DNA from: Leucoraja ocellata
Lineage: Eukaryota
Direction: 5' to 3'
Assembly: GCA_036785375.1 (NCBI GenBank)
Contig: JAWMAR010000276.1
Location: 1,922,001-1,986,000, forward strand
Length of the DNA: 64,000 nt
Positions 35,501 through 48,300 of the stretch are shown here, one piece after another. The first letter of the stretch is position 1. Each line of letters begins with the position of its first letter. The position numbers and the translations under genes were made by a program. A model generated the notes under the pieces. That model was not told the DNA's origin. It ran no database searches and saw only the letters and a program-made list of their open reading frames with translations.

Positions 35501-38500
35501 CATGCTTGGGAGTCTGTAATTTCTCAGAAGAATGAAACAGTCAAGGAGACCGTAGAGGGAATTATTTTCTCCAATTTTTCAATGAAAATGTTTTGTTCAT
35601 AGTTTGATATCTTGTAGATCGACACCAAGTGTTTCTAGCTCTGGTCTTGACGCAAGGAGGAGTGACAGCGCTCCATCTCATAGGATTGATTTCATACCTC
35701 TTTGGTTAACGGAGAATCTTCAGTTTTACCACTGAACAAACTCTTTGCACTTCTTGTTGGTTTAATTTATTATTAAAAAAAACTCAAAAATTCAGCAGTC
35801 TATTTTATCTGAGAGATATTATTGAGCAGAGATGAGGATGTTAGCACTCTAGAAGACACAACAGCAGTGTACATTTACCTTTGACCATCAGTTTTGATGC
35901 ATTGTGGATGAGGTGCAGAGCAAAGCCGTTGTGTTTTTTTTCCAGAGAAGGCGGAATTTCATTAAAATGGACTATCATCCAATTACTATAGAAATGGAAG
36001 TCTTCCTTTACTGATCCAAAATGGAAAAGAACACTTGTCTAACATTAATCTCTTGCATGTTTTTTACTTTATATGTACTTATTGACATTTTAAGTTAGAC
36101 ACTCAAGAAGTGCCAAATCAGTAAATCATAAACTATGGGGATTTGTGTTAAGTCTGACCAGTATAAATACATGAAATAACAATCATAATAGTATTATATA
36201 GGGAGAATGGGGAGGGAGGAATTGCAGACTAATGAGGCAAAAATTCATACTGATTCAGTACATTTACCAAATGAATGAGGGCACACAGCAACGTGTAGTC
36301 CCGTTAAATAATTCAATGAAAGCTGAGCAAAGTTTAAAATCTATACATCTCACACCCAGATAAAGTTAGGGTTTGAACAATGATGGAAGAGAAAGAGTTG
36401 GAGATGAGAGCAGCATGGGATGAGATAGAGTTGCAAGCATAATCTTGATGAAATTGGGATGATACCATTTAGAGGAGAAAATGTAATTGGAAGGTTTACA
36501 AATGGGGGGACCAAACACAGATGATAGAGGAAACAAGGAAGAGAGACGGCACTTGTGGGGGTTGAGTTACCCTGCTGAACATAGGCCATTTTGTCTGATC
36601 CCCAATGAAGTTATTTGTCCTGGCTTAATGGATCAGCAGCTCTCAACAAAGACTGGATATCTACTTTATTCACTCTACGTTTCTTGGCCAATGCCGCTAC
36701 AGCAAAGAGCATTGTGTGACTGCAATAAACGAGGCAAAGGCCATCAACCTCCAACTTACCAGGATTATTAACATCTTTATTACACACTATGAACTTGCTA
36801 AGTCCATAAAAAAGCTGTCGGTGTTTAGTTGGCAAATCACATTTCCCAAACAAACAAAAAAAAAAAGCAACATGGCAAACAAAATCAAATGCAAATTACT
36901 TCATTCAAATACATTTTCAAGAGTATCCAAGGGGAATAAATATGGTAGCAAACAAACCATAGTAGTTCTACGACCTGCAGTCACTTTCAGCAATTAAAAG
37001 AATGTTTTCTTTATCATATATACAGTATTTGTATCTACATGAAGATCCAATCTTTGCAATGTCACCTTGTAATAATGTGGCCACCTTCTGCAGTATCTAT
37101 TGGTCCACTTTACTATTTGAATAAAATATCAGTGAACAAATAGGGATTTTAAAATTTATAGGAGTCCTTTTCAATCTATTCCAGCTCGTTGAATAGGGTT
37201 GCTTTTCACAATTACTGGAACACATTTATGTGGCTACAAACGTATGCCCTAAGCCCCTTCTCCTAATAATCCCACTCACTAACCAGAACCCAAAGTCAAC
37301 AAGCTTTTGTATGGATTTTAACCAGTGCTGTTATGGTCTCAATACACCTAATGATAGAGCTTTATCGATTCTTCATGAAGGGGAATGGGAAATTAAGTAC
37401 AATGTTATGCTGAATAATATTTTAATAAAGTGTGATGAAAATTGTGGAAAACCATCACATGTTCTACATCCAAAATCCAGCTATCTCACTGCAGATTTTC
37501 TATCCTCCCAAATAATGAACCGGAGAAGGGTTCTCAACACGAAGGTGAAGAAGCTTGGTTGTGGCACATGTCGATCATTTCAATGAGTGAAAAAGTAATG
37601 TAGTGCACAAAAAGCAAATTGGCACCTTATCTTAAGTGCAATTTATTTTTCCTGACAGAACACTGGGCAAGCATCAAGTAACCCCAGTGACAACATGGCA
37701 GTGCAGTTTCCCAGTCTTGTTCCAAGACCAAGAAAAGTTAATGACAAGGAATACCAAAGTAGCTTAAATAACATCCAGCTCCACAGTATTTTGACTTTAT
37801 TAAGCTCTCTTCACTTACCCATAACTACAGAGGAGAATTAATCACTGTGTCACAATACCTTGCATGCATCACTAGGTATGGACAACAGCATCTACACCAT
37901 GCAACAAGATCATTGATATCTTTGCTTCTGAAATATCAGGATGAGTGAGAGTAATTCCATCACTTGCCCCAGTCACTAATACAACACATTGTCTTTCATT
38001 TGTCCAGGTCTTTTGGACAATGCCAAATAAAGTCCATATTTAACTCTTAGCTTCACTTCTAATTTTACTTATTTGAGTTCGTCGGTTCATTTAGAAAATA
38101 AATTCCACAACTGAAAGTTTTTTTTCTCCAGAAAAACACCAGGAACAAGTTGCAGACCACAATACCAGGGCTTTGAATAGCCAGCTTACCATTCATGCAG
38201 TTTGACAAATGTGCTTCAATGGAAATCTAAAATATGTATCACATTCATTTATATGAATTTGTGGGTTAACTTAAGGGATGGAACAATTGTGTCCTGCATA
38301 TTAATTTGCATGGAAACCAGCCAGAGTTTCCTAAATGTTACAAGTGAGAGTATTCTGTTAACCCAAGGCTCCATTATTGATCAGCTGCCTACTTTATCTT
38401 CCTTGGTCTATTTACTAATGTTAAAGGCACTATACAAGTGCAAGTTGTAGTTGTATCCTTACTGTTATTCATTGGGTGGTTTTAATTCAATTCATAGCAA

Positions 38501-38858
38501 ATATTCTCAACTTCCTTCTTGACTGCTCATTTTGTGAACATGACAGGGGAGGGTGGACGAGAATCTGTCCCTCTCTCCTGACCTAGAGCCTTAGTCCTTG
38601 GCAGTGTTGAAAACCTGCAAGTTGGTACCTTTGTGTCCAATGTTTACTGCAACACATTTCTTTATAGATATTAGCCCTGGTGGAACTTGGGCTTTACATC
38701 TGTTACTTGGGGAACTGGCGGGAAATGAATGAAGTTCATGGAAAATTATAATCAATAAAAGTAATCAGTGTCTGAAAAAGGAGCCTGTACATTCCCTCCA
38801 GTTGCCTGATCCGCAGAGCTCTCCGAACAGTTTGTGTTGTGTTCAAGAACCCTGCATC

Positions 38859-39515
38859 AAAATTAAACAATTCCTCCACTTTGATGACCTCGAAAAGATC
38901 ATCCACACATTTATCTCCTCCCGCCTAGATTACTGCAACTCTCTTTACACTGGCATCAGCCAACCTTCCCTGTCCCGCCTGCAACTGGTCCAAAACGCCG
39001 CAGTGAGACTCCTGACAGGCACCCGAAAAAGGGACCACATCACCCCGATCCTGGCCTCTCTCCACTGGCTCCCTGTGCGGTTCAGTATACATTTCAAGTC
39101 CCTCCTCTGTCTACAAAGCCCTCAATGGGCTTGCCCCCTCCTACATTAAGAGTCTTCTCACCCACCACTCCACCTCCAGGTCCCTCGGATCGGCCGACTT
39201 GGGGCTGCTGAATATCCCGCGGTCTGGGCATCAGCTTAGGGGTGACCGCGCCATTGCGGTTGCAGCTCCTAGACTGTGGAACAGCATCCCCCTTCCCATC
39301 AGAACTGCCCCCTCCATCGACTCCTTTAAGTCAAGGCAAAAATCTTATCTATACTCCCAAGCCTTTCCTGATGTCCACTGAGCGAGGGTTATATGTATAT
39401 ATATATATATATATGTAGTTTGTTTGTTTATACTATTCTTATAACAAATGTAAAGCACTTTGGCCAACGAGAGTTGTTTTTTTAAATGTGCTATATAAAT
39501 AAATGTGACTTGACT
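38859..39515 (+). mobile_element. L2-clade LINE 3' fragment
   Basis: FISSRLDYCNSL...LQLVQNAAVRLLT...HITPILASLHWLPV and AAPRLWNSIP motifs. Tail AATAAATG(TGACT)n and TSD TGCATC. Confidence 0.9.
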
Positions 39516-40334
39516 TGCATCTGCAATTCCTTGGTCTAGTTTGCTTTGACCCTTTGCATGGACCCTGTCTGACTTCACATTTCTCAAACTCCTACCAGTT
39601 TTTTGGCCCCCCCTCTCCTTTCCCCAAAGGTTCTGGATAGTGTTTTCAACCCTCTGGCCAAAGAAGTGGCCTTCCTGGACTCAAAACCTGAAGACGTTTG
39701 TGTGGGAATCCAGAGCAGAGTGTGATCGAAAGATGAACTCAACCTCATACTACTTATGTCTTAGATCCCCTGCAACTTTTAAAGGACATCCATTTTCCCA
39801 GGATAGAAATATCAAATACTAGAGGGCACCACTTTAAGGTGAGAAGAGCAAAGTTTAAAGGAGAGTGCAGGGCAAGTTTTTACACAAATGGTGTTTGCCG
39901 GGGGTGGTGGTGGAGCCAGATAGGATACCTTCATTTAAAAGACTTTGGGATAGGCACATGGATATGGAGAGAATGGATATGGATTATGTGCAGGCAGATA
40001 TTGTTGGGCTTGGCATCACATTCGGCTCAGACATTGTGGGCTTAAGGGTTTGTTCCTGTGCTGTACTGCTCTATGTATGTATATATGTATCTAACATACA
40101 TTAAATATACAGGCTTATACACACAAACAGGGGTCACTGGGGAGTGATAGGAAGGGAGAATGGTGATTAACCCACTCCCATGCTGTGGAGTTGAACACAG
40201 CGGAGACAAGGGATGTATAACTTTCTGCTTTAATTGAATATTTAAAACAAGTGAAAGAGCAATAAAGTAAAAATCTGCACACCAACCAGAGATTAGTAGG
40301 TAAAAGGATCGTTGTTCTGGTTTCTGCGCCAACT

Positions 40335-40340
40335 TTTATT
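40335..40340 (-). promoter_or_regulatory. Candidate NRF1 polyadenylation signal (AATAAA on minus strand)
   Basis: TTTATT on + strand ~435 nt past the NRF1 stop codon. No clear GU-rich downstream element, so tentative. Confidence 0.3.
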
Positions 40341-40773
40341 AAAATGGAAAATGCTGAGATCCGCCCCTAGTTCCACACACCCATGTCATTCCAAACCTCT
40401 GGAACCACAATTATAAAGTTCCCCAATCAAGATCACTAATAAACAAGACAACTTTGCCATCTTCAGTCAAAGACACAAACACTTTGTGCATAAATACAGA
40501 GAAACGCATACAAATAGGTCTGATTTTCCATTTTCCTTCCTTTGGCCCACCCACCCCATATAAAACAGTAAATACAAGAGCTTGAAATCTCTTTGAAGAT
40601 AATATTAGAGATGAGAGGTCCTTCCGTTACCTTTTCTCTCTCAAACACTAAAGCCACATGTCATGGCCTACTTTTACTTTTATGGCCAACTGTTGACACA
40701 CAAGACACCCGATTGCTGGACTCCAAAGCTGGACGTAAGTACACGAAAAGTTGTTTTGCCACTGGTTAAGTCC

Positions 40774-40946
40774 TCACTGTTCCAGCGTCACCACCTCCAC
40801 TGCTTGACCGTCCATTGTTACCCCAGATGACTGAATTTCTGTCATTCGAGTGGTGACAGGGGCCATTGCAACCTGCACAGGCCTGTTGCCCTGGGCCAAG
40901 CTGGTCACAACAGTCTGGTACATGCTCACTGGAATTTGCACCAGGC
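40774..40946 (-). CDS. NRF1: NRF1 terminal coding exon (coding part, ends at TGA)
   Basis: (G)LVQIPVSMYQTVVTSLAQGNRPVQVAMAPVTTRMTEIQSSGVTMDGQAVEVVTLEQ* is the NRF1 C-terminus. Acceptor ctttcctttattttcag. Joins in frame (G+GC) to the 61504-61628 exon across a ~20.5 kb intron. Confidence 0.97.
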
Positions 40947-41262
40947 CTGAAAATAAAGGAAAGGGAAAGATCAAGTTAACAATGTAGACAAGAGTCCTTA
41001 CACCAACATCACCACCATTTCCCTCTGAAGAAGCAATTCAATTTGTCGATATCTCCAAACAGGTTGTTAACTCCAATTACGGTCCAATAGGACATTTGAA
41101 AGCCACCTGAAATATTACCTTCGCTCATTTTATTCTTCCCTTTCTTTAAAAAAAAAAACCCATTTCTTTCTCATTTTAAAGATGTTGATCATGAAATGTT
41201 ATTTAGAACACTGAAGAGTCAAGGGTGCATCTCGGCAGCTATAGGAGTACAAGAGTGGCACA

Positions 41263-41565
41263 TTGGTGCAATGGGACAGTTGCTGCAATACAGCGCGTGC
41301 AGCGCTGGAGACCCGAGTTCGATCCCGACTACGGGTGCTGTCTGTACGGCGTTCGTACGTTCTCCCCGTGACCTGCATGGGGTTTCTCTGAAATTTTCGG
41401 TTTCCTCCCACACTCCAAAGACATTCAGGTTTGTACGTTAATTGGTTTGGTAAATGTCAAAATTGCCCTAGTGCGTGTAGGATAGTGTTAATGTGCGGAG
41501 ATTGCTGGTCAGCATGGACCCGGTGGGCCGAATGGCCTATTTTCACGCAGTATCTCTAAATCTAA
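41263..41565 (+). mobile_element. V-SINE (HE1-like)
   Basis: B-box GAGTTCGATCCC, GGTTTCCTCCCACACTCCAAAGAC, and tail GTATCTCTAAATCTAAA. Confidence 0.8.
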
Positions 41566-41649
41566 AAGCAGACAGAAAAAAACACACACTCATAGTCATG
41601 GACATATACATGCTATCCTATATAATTAATGGTTTCATCTGAGAGAAAG

Positions 41650-43430
41650 TACTTCCCAATTTCCAAGGTAATAAAGTCAGACTAAAGAAAATCCCAAATC
41701 TTTTTATACCAACATTAAAAACAAGATAGTAACCATGGAGAAGATAAAAATCACTCAAGGATAAAGGAGGGAATTTGTGCTTAGAGTCAAGGGTTAAAGG
41801 TGATAGACTAAATAAGTACTTTGCATCTGTTTTCAAGGAGCAAGACAGGGGGGTAGTGAGATCAGTGTGGAGAATACTACTAAGCAAGGGCAGCTTGAGA
41901 GTGAGGAGGAGGTGTTGCGGTTCTTGAATAGCATTAAGGTGGATAAATCCCCAAGACCTGATGGAAACTATCCCAGGTTATTGAGAGAGGCAATAGAGGA
42001 GATTGCTGGAGCCATCACGAAGATCTTTGCATCTTCTTGAGCCACAGGCGAGGACCCGGTGGACTGGAGTGTAGCTATTGTTGCTCCTTTAACAGACACA
42101 GTGAGAATCCAGGGAATTATAGGCTGGTGAACCTCACATCAATGAAAGGGAAGCTACTGGAGAGGATTCTTCAGTAGCTTCCGTTTTACTTTCGTTTGGA
42201 AGAGAATGGGTTAATTAGGGACAGTCAATATGGATTTTGTATACAGTGATGGATATTGTCCACAGGGATTTTAGTATGCCATTTGATAAATTCCCAATGG
42301 TAGGCTGATCCAGAAGATTAAGGTGCATGGGATTCAGTGATTTGGTCATGTGGATTCAAAACTGGCTTGCTGATAGGACAGAAGGTTGTGGTGAAAGGAC
42401 AATATTGAGGATGGAGTCTGTGACCAGCGGAATTCCGCAGTGAACTGTGTTGGGAACTCTGCTGTTAATGATATATATTAATGACTTGGACATAAATGTA
42501 GACTGGTTGGTTAGTAAGTCTACAGGTGACACCAATGCTGGGGTCACGGATTGTGAGGAAGGCAATCACAGTATATACAGTGAATGAGATGGCGGAGAAA
42601 TAGCAGATTAAGTTTAATCCGAGCAAGTACGAGGTTGTCCACTTTGGGAGGTTGAATGCAATGGGAAAATATACAATTAATGGCCCTTAGCACCATTGAT
42701 GTACAGAGGGATCTTGAGGTCCATGTCCATAACTCCCTGAAAGTAGCAAAACAAGTAGACAGAGTGGCAAGGAAAGCATATAATATGTTTGCCTTGGCCA
42801 GGGCATTGTGTATAAGCAAGTCATGATGCAGCTTTATAGGACTTTGGTTAGGGCGCATTTGGAGTAACACGTCAATTCTGGTTACCCCATTATAAGAAGG
42901 ACATGGATGTTTTGGAATGGATGCAGAGGTTTACCAGAATGATGCTTTGATTAGGAGTTATTAGCAATAGGAAGAGGTTGGACAGATTTGGATTGTTTTC
43001 TCTGGAATGCCGAAATTTGTGGAGAGACCCGATAAAAAATTATGAGCAGCAAGGTAGGGTAGACAGTCTGAATCGTTTTCCCAGGATGTAAAAATCAAAT
43101 ATTTAATCAAAGTTCAAGATGAGAAGGGCAAACTTTAAATGGGATGTGTGGGATATGTTTTCTTTACAGAGGGCAGTGAACGGCTGAAATATGGGCGGTA
43201 GTTGAGGCAGATACAATAGTGTAATTTAAAAGGCTTTGAATAGACATATAGATATGCAGGGAATGGAGAGACACACAGATTATGTGCAGTCAGATGAAAG
43301 TTGGTCTTCAAGTCAAGTCAAGTATATTCGTCACATACATATACGAGATGTGCAGTGAAATGAAAAGTGGCAAAAATGAAAAGTGGCATCATGTTCGGCA
43401 CAGACAATGTGAACTAAAGGGCCTGCTCTA
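41650..43430 (+). mobile_element. CR1 LINE 3' portion (degenerate RT ORF2 and 3' UTR) in NRF1 intron
   Basis: Degenerate CR1 motifs (DKSPRPDG.YPRLLRE, PGNYRLVNLTS, IYINDLD, FNPSKYEVVHFG) with stops and frameshifts. Confidence 0.85.
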
Positions 43431-44777
43431 ATATTCTGGATTAGTCCCTCAATTCCGATACAAAAATGATATTTCTCGGACATTCACATTCAAACTCCCT
43501 TCAGACAAGAAGTTACGGTGATAGATTAAAATATAGCAATCTACACTTTAATCATCATTCCTAACCATGTAGTTCCTGCATAACCTTGCCGTAACCTCCG
43601 CATGGAATGTTCCCCAGCCTTCATTTCCAATTCAAGTCCTCTGCTTTCTAGAGCTAATAACTTGTTAATCCTCTCCTCTAAAATTAGTAGCTGAACACTC
43701 AGCCAACTTGGTTCTCTATTCTAGAACATCCCCTCTCTATCTTGTAGGTTTGGTTCCTGCCTTATCTCCAATTACTCTAGTTTTGCTTGATGTCCATTTC
43801 CCTTCTGTGAAGCAGCCTTTAAAATGCTCTGAAGTATGTGCTGTTGTTCAATCACTATCTGACAAAACTCGAGTTATCTGAAAGTATGTTTCCTGGGAAC
43901 ATCCCCCCATTATGAATAAGTAGGTAGGAGGAATGTAATGGAATCAGATGCTTGCAAGATAACCCACACATACTTACCTGGGCTGGATGCAGAGGGCCTC
44001 TCTCACTGACTCCTGTGGCACAGTGAAGAGGGGCTGTGCCCAAAACACACCCAACATCTTCCAACAACCAGGAGAGCTGGGCCTCACCAGCTATAAAAAT
44101 TGTCACGCATTTTAACAATTCCTAAATGTCACTAACATTCAGAGACTTTTAAAAACTATCAACGTTGAATTAAATAATTAAAGAAAATAATTTAAATGTT
44201 TTAAAATACTAAAGTGACTAAAACACAATATTCAACCAAAGCAAAATCAATTCCCATTCAAGTTGGTCGTGGTTCACATGTAGCTTCTAGTGGACGTAGA
44301 TGTGATTTGCTGCTCTCAAAGAAGCAAAGATTATCCTCTGTTACCTATTTTCTAATAAGAATTAGCATTTCTGTTGCCAGAGGAACAGAGGAAATTTTCT
44401 CCCAGCATAAGAATAGTTGGGTAGCAGTCAAGAAGAGTTTGCTGTACTGATAATTTACTAAGTGGTCAGTTCTAAACAAATCAAATTTGTCATTCTTGAT
44501 TCAGGAAAGGATGGAAGTAAAAAAATCTGTCTCTGATGACAATCCAATTGGAACCCTGAACATGGATAGTATTCATAGGTTCAACTGAGCTATCGAAGAG
44601 GTCAGGCAACCAGCTGTTACTCACTGTGATTGCTCAGTCATGAATAATTGACAATTGATGACACAGGGCTGCATAACTGAATGCCAGTAAACATGTGAAG
44701 TCTTCAGGAGTAATGTGTACAGTAATGTATACAGGTGGCACTGTGAACTAATATACTTGTTTGGCACTAGGTAAGTG

Positions 44778-45058
44778 TTTTAGTTTTAGAGGTACAGTGT
44801 GGAAACAGGCCGTTCAGTCCACATCAACCAGCAATCACCCGTAGACTAGTTCTAACCTATACACTAGGGCCAATTTACAGAAGCCAATTAAACTACAAAC
44901 CTGCATGTCTTTGAAATGAGGAAGAATAACTGGAGCACCCGGAGGAAACCAATGCGTTCACAGAGAGAACATAAAAACTCCATACAAACAGCAACCGTAA
45001 TCAGGATCGTACCTGGGTCTCCAGCACTGTAAGGCAGCAACTCTACTGCTGCGCTCAC
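44778..45058 (-). mobile_element. V-SINE (HE1-like), reverse copy
   Basis: Reverse complement of the same head, V-domain and tail. Confidence 0.8.
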
Positions 45059-45095
45059 GGCAAGAATCTTTCTCCTCTCATCCAAATGGCTAATG

Positions 45096-45372
45096 GGGCG
45101 GAGCGGTGGCGCAGCGGTAGCGTTGCTTCCTTACAGCACTTGCAGGTTCGATCCCGACTACGGGTGCTGTCTGTAAGGAGTTTGTACGTTCTCTCCGTGA
45201 GCCGCGTGGGTTTTCTCCGAGATCTTCAGTTTCCTCCGACATTCCAAGGACGTTCAGGTATGTAGGTTAATTGACTTAATGTGTGTTGGATAGTGTTAGT
45301 GTGCAGGGATCACTCGGTGCGGACACGGTGTGCCGAAGGGCCTGTTTCCGTGCCGTATCTCTAAACTAAACT
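45096..45372 (+). mobile_element. tRNA-derived V-SINE (HE1-like)
   Basis: A-box GGTGGCGCAGCGGTAG, B-box GGTTCGATCCC, V-domain (GTTTCCTCC...CCAAGGACG...GTAGGTTAATTG) and CR1-like tail GAAGGGCCTGTTTCCGTGCCGTATCTCTAAACTAAAC. Confidence 0.85.
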
Positions 45373-48300
45373 ATTTACTGGACGGTGAGTGGCACCAGCA
45401 TATCTGGAGAGTGGGAAAGGTTCAGCATAGATGTAAATTGCAACATTTTGTATTGTGAATTATCTTGGCCGCGCAATTGGGTGATTTTTCTTTTGGAAAT
45501 CATAGTCTGCCAAAATCTCTTCTATTTAAATATCTGTCCTTGTGTAATAAGGTTAGATGTTGAGCTACGTCTGCATGGTTTTACCATGCCAAGTTATTTT
45601 TAATTCATTTTGAAAGATTTGGAGGACCTAGCCATGTGAATGATTTAGCAGAGTTAATCCTACGGGTTATATAATTGATGATTAATTTGTAAACAGACGG
45701 AGCTTTTATTATGTTTTTCAGTACTTCTGTCTATACGTCTAGAAGCAACCACTAATTAAGCTAATCTTTACAATTTCACCTTGACATGAGATGACAAGCT
45801 TTCAAAGTGTATTAAAAAAAAATCTCTTATCCACAATCGCCCTTACCCATCCCGACGCTCATACACAACCAAATCACAACATTCAAAAGAAATGAAGTGG
45901 ACATAATTAGTAGCTATTAATAGACAAACACTCACTGGGGAATAGGGAGCATGATTACTCCTGGTTCTCCTAATTGTACAGTCTGGCCCTACCTTCGCAT
46001 GTGGCTACTGGAAAAAGGTAATAATGGATTTACCTGTGTTTTACTGAGGACAAGTCTGGACACCAAATCAAGTAATATGTCGGGGTACATGGTGATTCAC
46101 GAGGGATAAGAGACAACCACCACGAAAGGCTGGAAAGGGGAGAACTGCTCACCCAGGAGGAGAGGTTTAGAGTTGCCCTGATAGAGGTTCCTCAAGACAA
46201 TGAGGGATATAATGATAGAGGGCAAGCATTCCCTTTGACAAGTAGATCGCCAATTAGCAATCATGGATACAAGATCACTATCCCAACATCTTATGAGAAG
46301 TGAACTAGGAATGTTTTCAAGTCGGAATTATCAGATCTGAAGCATTCTATCTGTATGGGTGCTGGATGCTGATTCTATAAATACTTTTAAGGTTTAAGGT
46401 TCCACTATGCTTTAAGAACCTTTAAAATGAAAGTAGCGGAGGGTGAATGATTACAAGATAATTATTTCCAGACATGCCCTGTCTAACTCTAATTTTACTA
46501 AAATGCTGGATGTCAGTAAAAACAAGTTAGATCGTAACCATGAACATTTTTACCACTTAAGAATAAAATTCTAGACATGACAATTTGGCCCAAGCAGTTC
46601 TACGCTCCACATCAGCTACCACCCATCCCTCTAGTCTGAAACTATTAGCCTATCCTTTTATTCCCTAAATGATTATTCAACTTCCCCTTGAATGTGTCAA
46701 CATTAATTACTTCAGCTACCCCTTACATTTCATCATGTGCATTGTAAAGCAAATTCTATGGAATTCCTTTTGGACTTAAAAGCTACTATCATGTAGTTAT
46801 GCCCCTATGTTTTGGAGTCCCCAGATGTGAAGAGCACAGCACTTAGGCCAACTTTATAAGGAACAAGGAAATATGCCAGACTGTGAATAGGACAGAGCCA
46901 CTAGCTTGTCATAAGCTCCACACTTAAGCTCATTACTCCACTCCTAGACTGACTTGGATTCAGTACTTTTATTAAACCCAATCACCCAATAACATTGCTC
47001 AGCAACAAAGCTTCTAGTTGATTCTTATAAAGAAAAGGGTTGAGGCTAATGTGATGGGAGAGGGGATGGCATTGCAGAAATCATATAAAAAACAGAAAGT
47101 GGAGAATTTTTCTTCACTCCATGCCGTGAATTTCACCTGGGTGCGGCTCTGAAACAGCACAGAGAACTAAAACAGACTTAATTGCCAGCTGATGATGAAT
47201 ACTGAAAAACATACTTCTGGCAGCCAAAGTGGGCCTTTGATAAGCATGTGCGTTATCAGGTACTTGCTTGTATATCTGATTTGTCAATTTGACTACTGTA
47301 GTTGAAATGCTGGAGTACCACATAAATATCTGTGAACATAAAGAAGGGAGTAAAATAAAATACTTAGTAATATAATCCGATCTGTCATAAACTGTAGATT
47401 ATCTGAAACTGCAGCCGCCTGTTTCCTAATTTGCTCACCCATGCCTGCTGACCTACATGGACTCCCAATCTAGCAATCCCACAATCTTAACATTTGAATC
47501 CTTGTATTCAAATCCATCAATATCCACTTACATTGGCCTCTTTGCTCTTCCAATTCTTGAACCTTGCCTATACCCAGTTTTGTAATTACGCCAATCACTG
47601 GCTGTATCTTCACCTGCCGAAATCCTAACTCTGGATGTTCCTCCTTAAACTGCTTGCAAACCTTAAGACAATCCTCAAAACCTACCTTTGCACAAGACAC
47701 CACTCTAACTGGCTTGCTGCTAAATGTTGTCCAATTACATTTTTGTGAAGTGATTTAGGACATTACAATGTGTTGAAAGATTGTACAAATGCAAACTGCT
47801 TATTGCAACAGGTAGCAGAAACACCGCTAGCTCTCTTTGTATTTAAGAACTTGGGGATAACGCTTGAGGCACTTGTCTTGACCATTCCGGTAATTAATAA
47901 TTAAACCACCCATGCTTTCAGAGAAATTTAAGTTGCACAGAAAGGGAATGTCCTGCTATGATAGAGGACATTTAACAGTGAAGGGATGAGTCAGCAAGGT
48001 ACCAAGAATAGCCTGTTGGGGGTCTATTCTAGTCACAAGCGGCTTAATTATTTCCTCTCAATATCCTTTCTAGAGTTGAACTAGTGTTTAATGTAGATTT
48101 AAAATATCTCGCCTTTCGCACTCTATCCCTTTGAAATAAGGTCCATGATCTCGTACACTTTATTAGCTTGTTTTTTGTTTAGTTTAGTGACTGTCTTTCA
48201 ATTCCAGACCCGAGGTTACCTTTAGATTAGCCTAAATACAATATTTTTGGTGCAAAAACAAAGCTTTCCACAGGTTAGCAAACCACAAAAATGGAAAAAT

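Noticed and set aside
44760-44770. TTTGGCACTAG, an 11-nt match to the miR-96 5' end
   Set aside because: No hairpin partner and no rest of the mature sequence; probably chance.
45096-45160. tRNA-like A/B boxes
   Set aside because: This is a SINE head continuous with the V-domain and LINE-like tail, with no cloverleaf.
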